Source of the DNA: Bugula neritina
Taxonomy: Eukaryota; Animalia; Bryozoa
Direction: 5' to 3'
Length of the DNA stretch: 64,000 nucleotides
Assembly (NCBI GenBank): GCA_964035545.1
Contig: OZ037767.1
Location: forward strand, 5,286,707 to 5,350,706
Of the stretch, positions 59,488 to 64,000 are shown one piece after another. Below the pieces are notes generated by a model, which was given only the letters and a program-made list of their open reading frames with translations, was not told where the DNA came from and did not search any database. Within the stretch, counting starts at the first letter, position 1. Each line of letters opens with the position of its first letter. A program made the position numbers and the translations under genes.

Positions 59488-59820
59488 CAGGGCTCTCCAA
59501 CAGGATCGGCCCCAGGGCTGGATGCGGCCCCAGTCTACATTTATGTAGCCTTCAAAGGCATAAAAATATTAATTTTCGTACATATTATATAAATCAGAAT
59601 AGAAAATCATGCTTTTAAATGCGTTATTTATACACATTACTACAAATCATGTAGTCTGCAGCAACTATTAAGACTCTGTCATATGTATAGTTATTATTAG
59701 GAATTTGGAATAAAGTATTTGAAAATTACTGGTGCTGCCCCCAGCTCAAACTAAAGTTTACAATGTGGCCAGAATGTTTCCTTTTAGCGGCCCTGGCTCT
59801 GTAAAGGTGAAACACTCCAA
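59488..59820. mobile_element. Decayed hAT-like non-autonomous DNA transposon
   Basis: Starts CAGGGCTCTCCAAC...GGCCCCAGGGCTGGATGCGGCCC, a typical hAT/Charlie-like end with GGCCC subterminal motifs. The far end is degenerate (gcggccctggctctgtaaaggtgaaacactcc). Confidence 0.5.
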
Positions 59821-59870
59821 GGTTAGTTCATGACAATATACTATGTTATAGTATGTAGTAATAAAGGGTA

Positions 59871-60716
59871 GGGGTATTGGAGGCACAACGTACTGGCCGA
59901 ATTTTGAATTTTTTGCTCTCATTCGTCTGTTTTTCAATCTTTAGTAGAAATGTTACACCGGTTGTCTATTATAGGTATCAGTTTGTTGTTTCTATTTTGT
60001 TCACAACCTTCAGAATAATGAAATTTTCATGAAGAAAAAAATGGGCCTATTTTGCCCCGGTGAGCCACTGGGTGGGACACAACAAATATATTGAAACTTT
60101 GCTGATTTGGTTGCCTCTAATTTTCATTCATTTATTATACACAAAAAATAAAAATATTCTTTTAGATCTACACTAAAAATCATGTTTTAGCTGTACAGTT
60201 TGTGCCACCACAGATCACAAAAGGAGACAAGATCAAATGCACATCACTCCTTTCTACGGTGCCATTAATATCATTACTCTTGAGAACTAAAAGTTTTTTT
60301 TTCTATTTTCACTTCACAGCAAATTTTATCAGAAAAAACTTTAGTTACATGTACTACAAAATTTTGAGTGGACTTTTTTCTATGAAGGAGGGAGAAAATG
60401 AGCAAATCACAATAATTTATTTTAGTCAAATACATGTATATATTCCCTCAATGACATAATGTATAGAATGAATATCATGGCTATCCATTAGTAGCAACAG
60501 CAGAGTGTTTTGTAGGTTGTATAAAATGGCAAAGCTATAATCTCACCAGATGTATATATGAGGGCAGCTTAACCTTGTAGTGTTGAAACTACAATGACTG
60601 AATAATTATGTCATTACTTTTTTATTAAAACAAAAATCACAACTCTAAGTCACTAAGTTCTCTCAGAATTTGACCAGCTTTTTGTACCCCTATGACCGTT
60701 GTGCTCCCATTACCCC
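59871..60716. mobile_element. ~850-bp non-autonomous DNA transposon with ~20-bp TIRs and TA flanks
   Basis: ta-ggggtattggaggcacaacg ... cgttgtgctcccattacccc-ta. Internal copies of the gg(g)acacaac/ttgtgcc motif lie near 60072 and 60201. Confidence 0.7.
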
Positions 60717-61192
60717 TATATAAATAAATGCTTTGCCAGGTCACTACATATGGAAATCAAATTTTATTCTACTATAATGTAGATTACTTAAGGTTGATTA
60801 CTATTCGAGGGTTTGCTTGCATTATCTGTTTTACGGAAGAGAATTGACTATAAATAATAAAATATGTGTCCATTGTATTTGATGGGTACAAATGTATATA
60901 TAGTTAGTTCATCACAATTGATGGAAGTGGAACTACAATTGTTAATGTATTTAATGCATTAAAAATGTGTTTGAAATATGAATAAGAACGAACTGTATTT
61001 ACTAATCACTCAATGCGTATTGAAAGATATCTCCATGTTTTATTTAAAAATTGTTAGTTAATGGCAGATGCAAAGCAAAAAGCATTTGAGGTAATTGTCA
61101 TTCTTTGGATATGATCAGAATGAAGATCCTTTGATCCAATTAGGTAAATAAAATATATGATTGGGCACTATGGCAACTTGCTTTGAATCAAT

Positions 61193-61376
61193 TGTGTGTG
61201 CGTGTGTGTTGTGTTTGTGTGTGTATGCGCGTGTGTGTGCGTGTGTGTGCGTGTGCGTGTGTGCGTGTGCGTGTGTGCGTGTGTGCGTGAGTGTGTGAGT
61301 GTGTGAATGTGTGTGCGTGTGCGTGGTGTGTGTGGTGTGTGTGTGTGTTTGTGTGTGCTGTGTGTGCTGTGTGTGC

Positions 61377-61420
<44 letters not shown>

Positions 61421-61430
61421 TATGTATATG
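61193..61430. repeat. Complex (GT)n microsatellite
   Basis: gtgtgcgtgtgt arrays. Confidence 0.93.
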
Positions 61431-64000
61431 TAAATTATCCTAGCTATAAACAAAGAAAATGAGTTTACTAAATAAAAGGTGATTCTTCTACTGTGTGGAA
61501 ATTGACCACATGGCTTGTTGTGTTATTTTATTATCTCATGTAAAATTTTCAAAATTTCATTGCAAACAAAGTACCCAGATTTACTAAAGAAAAGTTGGTT
61601 TTTCTACTATGTGGAGATAGACCTTACTTTTTTGTGTTAATGTTCAGCATGTTGAGGAGTTTACAAGCTAGTTTTGCTGTTTTGTGAAAATATGCTGAAA
61701 CGAAAACATGCTAACAAAATTGATGAAATGAATTTTAATAGTCAATCTTTTATCCCTGACACTGGTAGAACTTTCAACCAATCAACTGAACGCTACATCC
61801 AAAAAATATTATATATATAAGTAGAAGTGGCAGTTTTACTAAGTATCTTGTTTATCTTCTCTGCATGTAACAGCATACAGGCACTGCTAAAAATAATACA
61901 GGTGAGAAACTTATACATACAGTAATTTTTATCAGACTATATGTTCAGCTAAATTTTTTTCACAAATTTAAAGCGTTCAAACAGACACCTGATTAAAACA
62001 ATTATTTTCCTAAAATCTGAAATTAAAACATATAGGTATACAATTATAGAAATATAAAAATATGGTAGAAATGTATAAATCAAGAAATATTATATTGATG
62101 TATAAGCATAGGAATGTAGAAGTCTAGTATAATTGATATATAAACGCAGAAAAATAGGATAATATAAATGTAGAAATATAAATACAGAAATATATAATAT
62201 TATTACTATAGAAGCATTAAAAAACTATTTCTTCTGTTGCTACTTGCAGATATCCTATATCCAATATGAAGTTTATTGCTTTGTTGATGATTACCGTCAT
62301 AATCATTCCTATGAGTAAGTAAAGATGTTAAGAATGTCTCAGCAATGAACTCTAACTTGATAGTCACACAAGTTCTGCCTTCAATAATGATCATAATGAA
62401 GGAAGACCAAATATAACTATCAAGTCTTAAGTTTAACTTTTGTCTCTTCTAAAGAAACCTTTAGCCATGATTAATAACGTTACCAACATTCATGTGAAAA
62501 TTCTCTATTCAAAGTAAAATAATATGATAAAAATGTTAATTTTTTAGTTGAATACACAAGAGGTGTTAAATTCTTCCCAGATATTAAACTTACTGGAAGC
62601 AAGAACAGTTGCAAAGATTTTTGTTATAGGAAAAGCTTTAAAACAGCCACATTTGGATACGGAGTTTGTATCTGTAGCCAAAAGTCATCATGATCATTAC
62701 CCTCATACCCACACCTGGCCTTTGGTTTACTAACACAGCTAGTATATAGGAGTACATTTTGTTTGTGTAAATTGAAAAGTTTGCATTTAATTTAATGTTT
62801 CTTTGTCTTTCAACTAGTTATTAGACAATAAAGCATGTGATAGAATTAAATGAGTGTATTTTCTGTCTACTGTCATTTTGTCTAAGCTACTAGTTTAAAT
62901 CATGTGAAATTAGGGAAAGATGTACACAAACAATGCGTGCATATGTTTAATCAAGAAAAATTATAGCTATAGAATTTATTTCTCTTATAAAATTAAATGA
63001 TTTTTTTCGTTCTTATGATATTGAAAGGCTAAACAAAACAGTACCAACTTCTTTGAGCAATATAAAATTAAATACATGTTTTCAAAATACTTACAAGTGA
63101 CAAGCTTGTTACTACATAATAAATATTTCTGACAAAATGACACCACATTTTTAAGTAGCCTATAGAACACTATACTTGGACCACTTGAATCTATGAATGT
63201 TAATCCAAGTTTGTTGATACAAATAGCTAACATTTCAGTTTATGCATTCAAAAGGACAATCAGAAGCTTTATTCAACATCCTAAACACTCGTAGTGACTA
63301 AAAGGTCTTTTCTTTTGCATATAGGTTGTTTCAGCTTAAACTGCCACAATTAAAATAATGAAAACTAATATTTTCATAATTCCTTGTGTAGTCAGCAGTT
63401 GAGATGGGCAGCTGTTTGCTATTTGGTTGATGATGTTCTGGACAGCATCTGCAGTAATGTTTGTATTCTCAAAGCTTATGATCCCCTTGCCTACAACAGA
63501 AATAACTATTCATTAAACAGCTGTGTTCTACTTCCCCAAAGTATTTTATACAATGCTAAGTTAAATATAAAAACATAAAAACTGCATTGAAAAAGTAATT
63601 TATCTCCCTTCACTTCTGTTATACTTGTTATATATTAAAAATTTTGCTCTAATGCGCTGTATTCATTAAGCTGTTCAACTTGGAGTATATTATCACAAAG
63701 AGAAATAAGAAGGTTCAAGAAATATATTTTATCTAATATTAGGTAATAGCATTCCTTTGACTATCTCTGGTGTTGCAAAATTTAAATAGTTGACCACATT
63801 ATAGGATGTTAACCAATCAAATGCATTTCACCATCGTGTTACCAGAAATCAGATGATTATACTCATAAAAACTGATTTTTGATAATAATTGAAGATCTAT
63901 ACAGCAACTGAAATAAAAGTTATAATCTTAAGTTGTAATTCACTATATCAACTATAGCTGAGAATAATTGATATAACAAAATATTCTACTCCATATTTCA

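Noticed and set aside
57819-61453. His/Thr-rich and Cys/Val-rich ORFs
   Set aside because: Translations of GT-rich microsatellites
62200-63600. Short ORFs near the right edge
   Set aside because: No recognisable domains and no consistent splice-phase chain

Overview
AT-rich, intron-rich eukaryotic DNA from an invertebrate animal (species not determinable from sequence). Hand-splicing gives five protein-coding loci. (1) The 5' part of an unidentified minus-strand gene runs off the left edge and has two alternative first coding exons, one with an N-myristoylation consensus. (2) RanBP3 (minus, 4 coding exons, ~436 aa). (3) A Six3/6 (optix) homeobox gene (plus, 4 coding exons, ~354 aa) with ~10 kb of gene-free sequence on each side. 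(4) UBR7 (plus, 8 coding exons, ~402 aa, one GC-AG intron). (5) An uncharacterised ~450-aa type II membrane protein (minus, 9 coding exons) with a tyrosine-motif-rich tail, coiled-coil stalk and 6-Cys head. Repeats include a tRNA-derived SINE family with target-site duplications, several MITEs, a LINE endonuclease relic, and micro- and minisatellites. The most unusual signals are: a cryptic 6-bp-periodic T-N-A tract just inside the 5' end of each non-homeobox gene; a 21-copy minisatellite made of the UBR7 splice acceptor; and the orphan receptor-like gene. All exon models come from manual reading and lack transcript support.
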